From Acidimicrobiia bacterium (GTDB taxonomy: Bacteria > Actinomycetota > Acidimicrobiia > Spongiisociales > UBA11373): 64,000 nt of DNA. The stretch covers positions 48,371 through 112,370 of the forward strand of contig JAWVYO010000001.1 in assembly GCA_033722675.1 (NCBI GenBank), written 5' to 3'. The notes under the pieces are model-generated. The model was not told where the DNA came from, ran no database searches, and saw nothing but the letters and a program-made list of their open reading frames with translations. The position numbers and the translations under genes were made by a program. Below are positions 52,916 to 61,149 of this stretch, piece after piece; within the stretch, counting starts at the first letter, position 1; every line of letters begins with the position of its first letter.

Positions 52916-53030
52916 GGTCCTCCTCGCGCTCGTTGGCGGGAGTGTACCGAGCCGGTCGACCGCCTCCGACGGCCGCCGCGAGTCGTCCGCTGGAGGTGCG
53001 CGACCGGGACGACCACTAGGTTCGACGTCC

Positions 53031-54131
53031 ATGCCCGTCATCCGTGCCGCCGTCCACCGTTCCGTCGGTGGGCCCCTCGCCGTCGAAACGGTGGAGCTCG
53101 CCCATCCGATGCCCGACGAGCTCCGGATCGAGGTCGAGGCGGTGGCGGTCTGCCACTCCGACGTCGCGTTCCTCGACGGCGACTGGCCCGCCGATCTCCC
53201 GGCCGTGTGGGGACACGAGGCCGCCGGGACCGTGGTGGAGGTCGGTGACGGCGTGACCGCCGTCGGTGTCGGCGACCGGGTGACGATCACCTCCATCCGG
53301 GCGTGCGGGGCGTGCCGCAACTGCCGGGCCGGTCTCTCCGTGGCGTGCACGACGGTCCATCCCCGCGACGAGCGAACGCCGCTGCACACGACGTCGGGCG
53401 AACCGCTCACCTGGGGACTGCGGATGGCCGCCTTCGCCGAACAGGTGATCGTCCACGAGTCCCAGGTCTCGGTGGTGCCGGCCGACATGCCGGCGCCCTC
53501 CGCCGCGCTCCTCGGATGCGGTGTCATCTCGGGGTACTGCGCCGTGACGAACACGGCGGCCGTCGAGCCCGGGGCCTCGGTGGTGGTCGTCGGGACGGGG
53601 GGCGTGGGCATCCACACCGTCCAGGGCGCCGCCCACGCAGGGGCGGGGCCGATCGTCGCCGTCGACCTCGACGAGGAGAAGCGGTCACTGGCCCTCCGGC
53701 TCGGCGCCACCGATGCGGTGGATCCCCGCGACGACGCGCCGGGAGCCGTCGCCGCTGCCACGGGCGGACGGATGGCCGACTACGTGTTCGTCACCACCGG
53801 AGCGCCCGCCGCCTTCGAGGGGGCCATCGACCTCGTCGCTCCCGGCGGCGCGCTCGTCGTGGTCGGCATGCCCCCGACGGGGGTCGACCTCCGGGTGGAC
53901 GCCGGGACCTTCGCGGGACTCAACCAGCGAATCCTCGGGTCGAAGCTCGGCGGGACGACGGTCGCCACCGACATCCCGGCACTCGTCCGGAGATACGCCG
54001 ACGGTGAACTGGAACTCGACGGGCTCGTGACCGCCACCTACCCCCTCGAGGGCATCGCCGACGCCGTCGCCGATTCCCGCCGGGGGCACACGGTCCGGGC
54101 GGTGGTCGTCATGGACGGGGACGCGGCGTGA
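53031..54131 (+). CDS. zinc-dependent alcohol dehydrogenase (MDR family)
   Basis: Catalytic zinc (CHSD...GHEAAG), structural zinc ([10 protein letters not shown]) and Rossmann GTGGVG. Start MPVIRAAV. Confidence 0.85.
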   Translation: MPVIRAAVHRSVGGPLAVETVELAHPMPDELRIEVEAVAVCHSDVAFLDGDWPADLPAVWGHEAAGTVVEVGDGVTAVGVGDRVTITSIRACGACRNCRAGLSVACTTVHPRDERTPLHTTSGEPLTWGLRMAAFAEQVIVHESQVSVVPADMPAPSAALLGCGVISGYCAVTNTAAVEPGASVVVVGTGGVGIHTVQGAAHAGAGPIVAVDLDEEKRSLALRLGATDAVDPRDDAPGAVAAATGGRMADYVFVTTGAPAAFEGAIDLVAPGGALVVVGMPPTGVDLRVDAGTFAGLNQRILGSKLGGTTVATDIPALVRRYADGELELDGLVTATYPLEGIADAVADSRRGHTVRAVVVMDGDAA

Positions 54132-55333
54132 GGATCGCCGAGATCGAGACGTTCACCGTCGCCAACCCGCCGCCGTCGTTCGGCGGACCCTTCTTCGTCT
54201 TCGTCAAGCTGGTGACCGACGACGGCGTCGTCGGCTACGGGGAGGCGTATGCGGGCAGCTTCCGTCCCCGGGTGGTCGAGGCGATGCTCCACGACGTCGC
54301 CGACCGGCACCTCGTCGGCCACAGCCCCTTCGACGTCGAGCGGTTCTGGCGCAGTGCCTACGGCCGGGGGTTCACGCTCCGCCCCGACGTGTCGCTCCAG
54401 GGCGTGATGAGCGCCTTGGAGATCGCGTGCTGGGACATCGTCGGCAAGGCGGTGGACCAGCCGATCCACCGGCTGATCGGCGGACGGGTGCACGAGCGCC
54501 TCCGCAGCTACACCTACCTGTACCCGGAGCCCGGCGACCGCACCGACGTGTACGCCGACCCGGACCTCGCCGCCGAGCGGGCGGCCGAGGAGGTGGCCCG
54601 CGGGTTCACCGCCGTGAAGTTCGACCCCGTGGGCCCCTACACGGTGATGGGTGGGCATCAGCCGTCACTCCACCGCATCGACCTCACGGTCCGGTTCATG
54701 GAGGCCCTCCGCGAGGCGGTGGGGTCACAGGCGGATCTCCTCGTCGGGACCCACGGCCAGTTCACCTCCTCGGGAGCCCTGCGACTGGCCCGGCGACTGG
54801 AGCCCTACGACCCGCTCTGGTTCGAGGAACCCACCCCTCCCGACGACGTCGCCGGCATGGCCCGTGTCGCCCACGGCACCTCGATCCCCGTCGCCACCGG
54901 CGAGCGCCTCACCACGAAGGTCGAGTTCGCCCGCGTCCTCGAGGCGGGCGCGGCGACGATCCTCCAGTTCAACCTGGGTCGTGTCGGCGGGATCCTCGAG
55001 GCGAAGAAGGTCGCCGCCCTGGCCGAGGCGTACGGCGCCCAGGTCGCCCCCCACCTCTACTGCGGCCCCATCGTCGGCGCCGCCAACGTCCAGATCGCCG
55101 CCGCGTCACCGAACTTCCTGATACTCGAGAGCATCCGTGACTGGTCGGGCTTCCACGCCGACCTGTTGGACCCGCCGATGCGGTGGGAGGACGGCTCCGT
55201 GATCCCGCCCGACGGGCCCGGGCTCGGCGTGTCCCTCGACGAGGACGTCGCCCGGGCCAACCCCTACGACGGCGACGCCCTCCACCTGGAGATGGCCGAG
55301 CGCCCCATCGACGAAGCCGACCCGCCGGGCTGA
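54128..55333 (+). CDS. enolase-superfamily enzyme (mandelate racemase/muconate lactonizing family; sugar-acid dehydratase-like)
   Basis: MR/MLE N- and C-terminal domains (metal ligands in FEEP, ATGERL). GTG overlaps the ADH stop (GTGA). Confidence 0.85.
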   Translation: MRIAEIETFTVANPPPSFGGPFFVFVKLVTDDGVVGYGEAYAGSFRPRVVEAMLHDVADRHLVGHSPFDVERFWRSAYGRGFTLRPDVSLQGVMSALEIACWDIVGKAVDQPIHRLIGGRVHERLRSYTYLYPEPGDRTDVYADPDLAAERAAEEVARGFTAVKFDPVGPYTVMGGHQPSLHRIDLTVRFMEALREAVGSQADLLVGTHGQFTSSGALRLARRLEPYDPLWFEEPTPPDDVAGMARVAHGTSIPVATGERLTTKVEFARVLEAGAATILQFNLGRVGGILEAKKVAALAEAYGAQVAPHLYCGPIVGAANVQIAAASPNFLILESIRDWSGFHADLLDPPMRWEDGSVIPPDGPGLGVSLDEDVARANPYDGDALHLEMAERPIDEADPPG

Positions 55334-55510
55334 CCGACCGGGTTCGGGGGCGCCTCCCTTCGACCCAGACGCGGCGGCAGCAGGCAGCACGCCAAACCCG
55401 CGCATCAGACCGACGTGACTCGGCCTCCGTGGCCCGGAACGGCCCGAGCGGCCCGGGCAGAGAGCACAGGACGGCCGCCGATGGGGTTGGGGCCCCATCT
55501 GGCGGAGGAG

Positions 55511-55555
55511 GGCCGACCGGCGTCTGTTCGGCGGCGTCAGCCGCCGAAGTCGGCC
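55511..55555. terminator. nested GC-rich hairpin between convergent genes (GGCCGAC...CGGCGGC-GTCA-GCCGCCG-AA-GTCGGCC)
   Basis: Inverted repeats read directly. The hairpin sits between the MR-family gene (plus strand, ends 55333) and pspA (minus strand, ends 55598). Confidence 0.4.
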
Positions 55556-55597
55556 CGGGCAGACAGCAGGGCCGGAGCGGGGTGAGAAACCCCCGGG

Positions 55598-56320
55598 CTA
55601 CCCCTCGATGCCGAGTTCGGCCTTGAGTTCGGCGAGCTTGGCGTCGGCCTGGGCCATCGACACGGCCTCGCGGAGTTCCAGCTCGGCGCCGTCGGGGGTG
55701 GCCTCCCGCAGTTCCGCCTTGGCCATCGCCTGGGCGGTGCGCTGTTCGATCTTCTCCTCGACCTTGTCGAGGGAGACGGACTCGTCGTCCATCGTCGCGG
55801 AGATCGACTCGACCGCCTTGTTCACGGACTCCTGCATCTTCGCCTGCTGGAGCGATCCGAGGAGTTCCATCCGCTTGGCGGCCAGCTCCTGGAGGCGCAT
55901 GGCGTTCTGCTGCACCGCCGACTTGGCGTTCTCGGCCTGGGTGGCGGCGGTCTCGTACTGCGCCTTCAGCGAGTTGAGGTTGTTCTCCGAGGCCTGGAGC
56001 TTCATCGCCAGGCCCTGGGCGGTCTTCGTCCACTTGTCGACCGCCGCGGCGTCGCCGGAGCCCTGGGCCTCCTGGGCCTTCATGAGGGCCTGCTTGGCCA
56101 TCTCACGGGCCTCCCCGACGTCGTCGGCGGCCCGCTCGATCTTGCTCTCGAGCTGGGTGCGGTGGGCCACGACCTTGGCGGCCTGGTTCCGCAGCTCCTG
56201 GTCACGCTTGCGAGCCTCCGAGATCGCCTGCTCGATCTCGATCTCGGGGTCCATCGCCGCTTCCGTCCTGACACGGAACAGCGTCTTGAGGTAGTTCCAG
56301 ACTCGCTTCAGAAAGCCCAT
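55598..56320 (-). CDS. pspA: PspA/IM30 family protein
   Basis: Conserved N-terminus MGFLKRVWNYLKTLF and a long coiled coil. Confidence 0.85.
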   Translation of the reverse strand: MGFLKRVWNYLKTLFRVRTEAAMDPEIEIEQAISEARKRDQELRNQAAKVVAHRTQLESKIERAADDVGEAREMAKQALMKAQEAQGSGDAAAVDKWTKTAQGLAMKLQASENNLNSLKAQYETAATQAENAKSAVQQNAMRLQELAAKRMELLGSLQQAKMQESVNKAVESISATMDDESVSLDKVEEKIEQRTAQAMAKAELREATPDGAELELREAVSMAQADAKLAELKAELGIEG

Positions 56321-56391
56321 GGTGGTTCGCCCTCTCTCGGTGGTGGGGAGAAGCCGATGCTAGATGGTCGGAGCACCCATCGTGACGCCGG

Positions 56392-57657
56392 TCAGCGGCG
56401 CCGGCCCCGCGACCGCCCGGTCCGGCCCCGCGTCCGTTTCGTCGATCCCGACGAGGGCCGGCTGCGTCCGCCGGTCCGTCGGCCGGCCGATCGGCCTCCC
56501 CAGTCGTAGGAGCGACCCGACGCCATGCCGCCGACGAGGACGGAGAGGGCGCCTCCGAGATCGAACCCGCCGCCGCCGTGGGAGCGGGGGGCCCGGGGTG
56601 CGGGGACGTTCTGGCCGCCCACGGTGATCATGCGTGGTTCGGCGCGCTCCCCCTTGCGCAGGAGGTCGGCGTCACGCCGGCAGACCCGCACCGTCTTGGT
56701 GCCGGCGGGCGTCGTCACCTCGGCGTCCTCGAAGGGCCCGCGAGGGGTGGGGTCGAAGAAGCACGAGGCTCGTTCGGCGGGCTCGGGCTTCGGCGGGGGC
56801 TCGTCGCCCCGGGCGATGGCGGTGGCCGCCGCCAGCTGCCACTGCGCCTCGTCGAGACGGTCGCCGATCGACTCGAGGTCCCGGAGGTCGGTTGCGTACT
56901 CGTAGGCCTCCATGGCCTCCGTGTAGGTACGGCCCGCCGCCTCGAGGTGGACGTTGTCCTCTTCGGGCGCAGAGAGCTGCACCTCGTCGGTGATCTCGAG
57001 GATCGTGTTGGCCATGGCGTCCAGTTGCGTCTTGATCTCGGTGCGGGCCTCCTCGAGGTGCCCGCGGGCCCGCCGCTCCGAGTTCTTGCGCTGCGAGCGG
57101 ACGATGAGGAACACGACGAGCCCGATCACCCCGAGGACGACGAGCAGCACGATGAAGCCGCCCCCGCCGCCGTCTGCGTCGGCCGCGTCACCACCGCCCG
57201 ACGAGCCGGTGAGTACGTCGACGACGGCGGTGACGTAGGCGAGGTCGGCGGTCCCGGGCGGGCCCGATGCGTTGCCCGCCGCCTCGAAACCCTCGTCGAG
57301 CGCGCGGGCCCTGGTCGCCTCGCCGAAGACGTCGCTGACGAGGGCCTCCTGGGAACCCGAGAGGACGAGCACCGTGCCGCCCCCCGACAGCTCGTCGAGG
57401 ACCGCGTCGCCGAACGTGGTCGCCCCGCCGGTGGGGTCGTCGTCGAGGAGGACGACCACGAACCGGAGCCCGGCGTTGCCGGCTCGGGCCACCTGGTTCG
57501 AGAGCTGGGTGGTGTAGGAGGCGGCGCCGATCCCGGGATCCACGTACAGGCCGTCCCGCACCGCCCGGTCGACGATCTGGTCGGTGGTCTGGGCCCCGGC
57601 GGGTACGGCGACGAGGACGACGAGGGCCAGCGCGAGGACGAGGCGTCGGACGATCAT
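56392..57657 (-). CDS. secreted membrane-anchored hypothetical protein (TPM/YgcG-like architecture) with Arg/Gly-rich cytoplasmic tail
   Basis: Signal peptide MIVRRLVLALALVVLVAVPAGA, extracytoplasmic domain, one TM helix (FIVLLVVLGVIGLVVFLIV), cytoplasmic coiled region with two Cys, RGG-like tail. ATG 57657 overlaps the ProDH stop (ATGA). Confidence 0.55.
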   Translation of the reverse strand: MIVRRLVLALALVVLVAVPAGAQTTDQIVDRAVRDGLYVDPGIGAASYTTQLSNQVARAGNAGLRFVVVLLDDDPTGGATTFGDAVLDELSGGGTVLVLSGSQEALVSDVFGEATRARALDEGFEAAGNASGPPGTADLAYVTAVVDVLTGSSGGGDAADADGGGGGFIVLLVVLGVIGLVVFLIVRSQRKNSERRARGHLEEARTEIKTQLDAMANTILEITDEVQLSAPEEDNVHLEAAGRTYTEAMEAYEYATDLRDLESIGDRLDEAQWQLAAATAIARGDEPPPKPEPAERASCFFDPTPRGPFEDAEVTTPAGTKTVRVCRRDADLLRKGERAEPRMITVGGQNVPAPRAPRSHGGGGFDLGGALSVLVGGMASGRSYDWGGRSAGRRTGGRSRPSSGSTKRTRGRTGRSRGRRR

Positions 57658-58586
57658 CGGGGCATGGTAGGACCGGAGCGTCGGCCGACGAGGGCGCGCA
57701 GGAAGAACCAGAGATTCGCTGGTCGCTCGGCGATGCGGCGGGTGAGGTACGGGTACCAGGCGGTCCCGTAGGGCACGTAGATCCGGACGGGATGACCGTC
57801 GGCGACCAGCGCCCGCTGGAGCGGCTCGCGCACGCCGTAGAGCATCTGGAACTCGTAGGGGGCCTCCCGGCCCTCGGACAGCTCGACCGCCAGGTCGATC
57901 CGCTCCCCGTCGTGGGTGGCGATCGCCGGCCGGACGCCGGGCCAGGCCATGAGGTCCCGCAGGAGCCGATCGAAGGCCGCGTCGACGCGGGATCGCCGCT
58001 GGAAGGCCACGTCGGCGTCCTCGTCGTAGGCGCCCTTGCAGAGCCTGAGATGGCCGCCGAGCGGGGCGACGCGGGCGAGGTCTGCGGTGGTCCGCCGGAG
58101 GTACGCCTGGAGGGCCAGGCCGAGGTTGCCGTGCACCGCCTGCGCGGCCTCGTACAGCTCGATGGTGCGCTCGGTGTGGCGGCTCTCCTCCATGTCGATG
58201 GTCACGGTCCGGCCCACGTCGGCCGCCCTCGCCGCGATGCGGTCGAGGCCGTCGGCGGCGAGGTCGTCGTCGAGACCGAGACCGAGCTGCGTCAGCTTGA
58301 TCGAGATGTTGGCGTCGAGGCCTTCGGCCTCGATCCGATCGAGACAGGCCAGGTAGTCGTCGCGGGCACGCACGGCGAGGTCGGGGTCTGCGACGTGCTC
58401 GCCGAGGTGGTCGAGGGACACCGTGAAACCGGCGTCCTGGAGGCGGCGGGCGGCGGCCACCGCGTCGTCGAGGTGCTCGCCGGCGACGAACCGGAGGGCG
58501 AGCCGGCGACCGATCGACGACGTGAAGAGACGCCGCACCCATCCCCACCGGGTCACCGCGAGGACCAGCCTCCCGAGCAGACTCAC
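57654..58586 (-). CDS. proline dehydrogenase (monofunctional ProDH)
   Basis: ProDH barrel (ALRFVAGEHLDDAV; ISIKLTQLG; RLCKGAY). GTG 58586 overlaps the proC stop (GTGA). Confidence 0.8.
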   Translation of the reverse strand: MSLLGRLVLAVTRWGWVRRLFTSSIGRRLALRFVAGEHLDDAVAAARRLQDAGFTVSLDHLGEHVADPDLAVRARDDYLACLDRIEAEGLDANISIKLTQLGLGLDDDLAADGLDRIAARAADVGRTVTIDMEESRHTERTIELYEAAQAVHGNLGLALQAYLRRTTADLARVAPLGGHLRLCKGAYDEDADVAFQRRSRVDAAFDRLLRDLMAWPGVRPAIATHDGERIDLAVELSEGREAPYEFQMLYGVREPLQRALVADGHPVRIYVPYGTAWYPYLTRRIAERPANLWFFLRALVGRRSGPTMPR

Positions 58587-59404
58587 GACTCGTCGCGCGC
58601 CGCTTCGCCCAGTTCGCGAGCGCGGGCGGCGGCGGCTCGCACCGCGTCCTCGAGCAGGGCGCGGAACCCCTCTCCTTCCAGCACGTGCATGGCCGCGGCG
58701 GTCGTCCCCCCCGGGGAGGTGACCTGGGCGCGCAGCTTCTCGGGGCCGGCCTCGGCCGTCCCCATGAGCGCCCCCGAACCCTTGATGGTCTGCACGACGA
58801 TCCGCTCGGCCGCCCACCGGGGGATGCCCTCCCGCGCCGCGGCCTCGGTGAGGGCTTCGGCGAGCAGGAACACGTAGGCGGGGCCGGTGCCCGACACGGC
58901 GGTGACGGCGTCGAGGTGGCGCTCGTCGAGGACGATGGTCTCGCCGACGGCACCGAGCACGCGGGAGGCAGCGGCCACGGCGTCGTCGTCGGCGTTGCGT
59001 CCCGCGGCGATCACCGTCACGCCCTGGGAGATCTGGGCCGGGGTGTTCGGCATGGCACGCACCACGGGGACGCCGTCGGCGAGGACCGCCTCGTAGACGG
59101 CACACGGGACGCCGGCGACCAGCGACAGCACGGCCTGGTCGGCCGTGACGGCCGACCCGACCTGGGCGAGGAGGGTCGCGACGTCGGAGGGCTTCACCGC
59201 CACCACCACCACGTCGGATCCCTCGACGGCCGCGGCGGCGTCCAGGGTCGTCGGGATCCCCGTGCGGTCCTCCAGCTCGGCGCGGCGTTCTTCGCGCCGG
59301 GTGGCCATCGTCAGCGAGGACGCCGGCCATCCCGCTCGGAGGAGCCCGCCGGCCAGGGCCTCGCCCATGGCGCCGGCGCCGAGGATCGCAACGGTCGGGT
59401 GCAT
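58583..59404 (-). CDS. proC: pyrroline-5-carboxylate reductase
   Basis: NADP-binding ILGAGAMGEAL, catalytic region with VTSPGGTT. Start MHPTVAILG at 59404. Confidence 0.85.
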   Translation of the reverse strand: MHPTVAILGAGAMGEALAGGLLRAGWPASSLTMATRREERRAELEDRTGIPTTLDAAAAVEGSDVVVVAVKPSDVATLLAQVGSAVTADQAVLSLVAGVPCAVYEAVLADGVPVVRAMPNTPAQISQGVTVIAAGRNADDDAVAAASRVLGAVGETIVLDERHLDAVTAVSGTGPAYVFLLAEALTEAAAREGIPRWAAERIVVQTIKGSGALMGTAEAGPEKLRAQVTSPGGTTAAAMHVLEGEGFRALLEDAVRAAAARARELGEAARDES

Positions 59405-59467
59405 GCCACGAGTGTACGACCCGCCGGCGGAGCGACGGTACGCTCCGGGCACCCACCTTGCGGAGTC

Positions 59468-60718
59468 ATGCGACCCCCGATCTCCGACAGCATCCCCCTC
59501 ATCGCCCTCCTCGTCGTCCTGGTCGTCGCCGCCGCGCTCCTCGCCGCGGCCGAGGCATCGCTGCTGCGGGTCCCGCGGGTGCGCGTCGAGGTGCTGGCGG
59601 AGCGGGGCGACCGACGGGCCGAGCGGCTGTCGGGACTGCTCGCCAACCTGACCGGCGTCCTCAACACCGTGCTCCTCGCCGTCCTGCTCACCCAGGTGGG
59701 TGCTGCGACCGTGGCGGGATTCCTCGCCGAGCGACACTTCGGCAACACCGCGGTGACCGTCGCCTCGGTGGTGCTGACGCTCGTGATGTTCGTCTACACC
59801 GAGGCGATCCCGAAGACGATGGCGGTGCGCAATCCGATCACCGTCGCCCGCCTCGTCGCCCTCCCCCTCGCCGCGCTCACGTGGGTGTTCCGGCCGATCG
59901 TGGCCGCCCTGGTCGCCTTCGCCGACCTGCAGGCACCCGGACGCGGCATCCCGTCGCCCGCCACGGTGACCGAGGCCGAACTCCGCCGCCTCGCCGCCGA
60001 GGCGGCGGCCGCCGGCGAGATCGAGGGCTCCGATCTCGACCTGATCGAGCGGGCCTTCCGCGTCGGCGACGAACGGGTGGCGGCGATCCTGGTCCCCCGT
60101 CCCGAGATCGTCGCGATCCCCCTCGGCACCCCGCTGCGCGAGGCCGTCGACGTGGCACTGGAGAGCGGCCACCGGCGGCTCCCGGTGTACGGGGACGGGG
60201 TCGACGACCTGCGGGGTGTCGTGACGTTCCGCGACCTGGCATCGGCCGTGGCCCAGGGCGTCGAGGGGGTCGTGGACGACCTGACGAGCCCGATCCCCGT
60301 CGTCCCCGAGTCCCAGCGGGTGATCGGGGTCCTGCGGACCATGCAGGACGAGGGCCGCCATCTCGCCGCGGTGGTCGACGAACACGGGGGCATCGCGGGC
60401 ATCGTCACGATCGAGGACGTCGCCGAGGAACTGGTCGGCGAGATCGCGGACGAGGACCGCACGACGACCCCGTCGATCCGTCCCGTCGGCCCGGGCCGCT
60501 GGATCGTGCTGGGCACCGCTCCGCTGCGGGACCTCGAACGTCGCCTCGGGGTGGAGTTCGACGCCGAGGACGTCCACACCGTGGCCGGGCTGGTGCTGAC
60601 CCTGGCGGGACGGGTGCCCCCCACCGGAGCCACCTTCGAGGCGCAGGGGCACCGGCTCCGGGTGGTCTCGGCCACCCGCCGACGGGTCCGCGCCGTCGAG
60701 GTGAGGAGCATGGAGTGA
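59468..60718 (+). CDS. hemolysin family protein (CNNM/DUF21 + CBS pair + CorC_HlyC domain)
   Basis: Four-TM DUF21 N-terminus, two CBS domains, C-terminal CorC/HlyC transporter-associated domain. Confidence 0.85.
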   Translation: MRPPISDSIPLIALLVVLVVAAALLAAAEASLLRVPRVRVEVLAERGDRRAERLSGLLANLTGVLNTVLLAVLLTQVGAATVAGFLAERHFGNTAVTVASVVLTLVMFVYTEAIPKTMAVRNPITVARLVALPLAALTWVFRPIVAALVAFADLQAPGRGIPSPATVTEAELRRLAAEAAAAGEIEGSDLDLIERAFRVGDERVAAILVPRPEIVAIPLGTPLREAVDVALESGHRRLPVYGDGVDDLRGVVTFRDLASAVAQGVEGVVDDLTSPIPVVPESQRVIGVLRTMQDEGRHLAAVVDEHGGIAGIVTIEDVAEELVGEIADEDRTTTPSIRPVGPGRWIVLGTAPLRDLERRLGVEFDAEDVHTVAGLVLTLAGRVPPTGATFEAQGHRLRVVSATRRRVRAVEVRSME

Positions 60719-61083
60719 TCTTCGACCAGCAGGTCACCTTCCTGCTCGTGGAGGATCTCGACCGCAGCGCCGCCTTCTACGGCGACGTCGTCGGGCTCGA
60801 GCTCGTGCTGGACCAGGGGTCGTGCCGGATCTTCCGAGCGGCGCCGTCGGCCTTCCTCGGTGTGTGCGAACGCCCGGGCCGGGCGTCGGACGGCGTCATC
60901 GTGACGTTCGTCACCGACGACGTGGAGGGCACGCACGAACGTCTCGTCGCCGCGGGCGCCACGTGCGAGCGGGAGCCGGGCTATTCGGCCGAGTACGACA
61001 TCGTCCACGCCTTCTACCGGGATCCCGACGGACACCTGGTCGAGGTCCAACGGTTCTGCGACCCGTCCTGGCCGGCGAGCTGA
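60715..61083 (+). CDS. VOC family (glyoxalase/bleomycin-resistance fold) protein
   Basis: GTG start overlapping the hemolysin stop (GTGA). Paired beta-alpha-beta-beta-beta modules (FLLVEDLDRSAAFYGDVVGLEL...HLVEV). Confidence 0.7.
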   Translation: MIFDQQVTFLLVEDLDRSAAFYGDVVGLELVLDQGSCRIFRAAPSAFLGVCERPGRASDGVIVTFVTDDVEGTHERLVAAGATCEREPGYSAEYDIVHAFYRDPDGHLVEVQRFCDPSWPAS

Positions 61084-61149
61084 TCGCTCAGGCGCGGACC
61101 CGAAGGCGCCGATCCCACTGCTGGCCGTTCGCGACGGCCGGAGGACGGA

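Noticed and set aside
50336-53248. 970-aa plus-strand ORF
   Set aside because: Antisense to the Fe-S/CCG reductase, which has clear cofactor motifs on the minus strand.
55334-55597. Possible CRISPR or mobile repeat
   Set aside because: Only two imperfect copies of an 18-nt motif. There is no regular spacer-repeat array, no cas genes and no inverted terminal repeats.
59458-60714. Upstream portion of the 541-aa plus-strand ORF 59458-61083
   Set aside because: Out-of-frame overprint of the hemolysin-family gene. Only the final 122 codons, from GTG 60715, encode the VOC domain.
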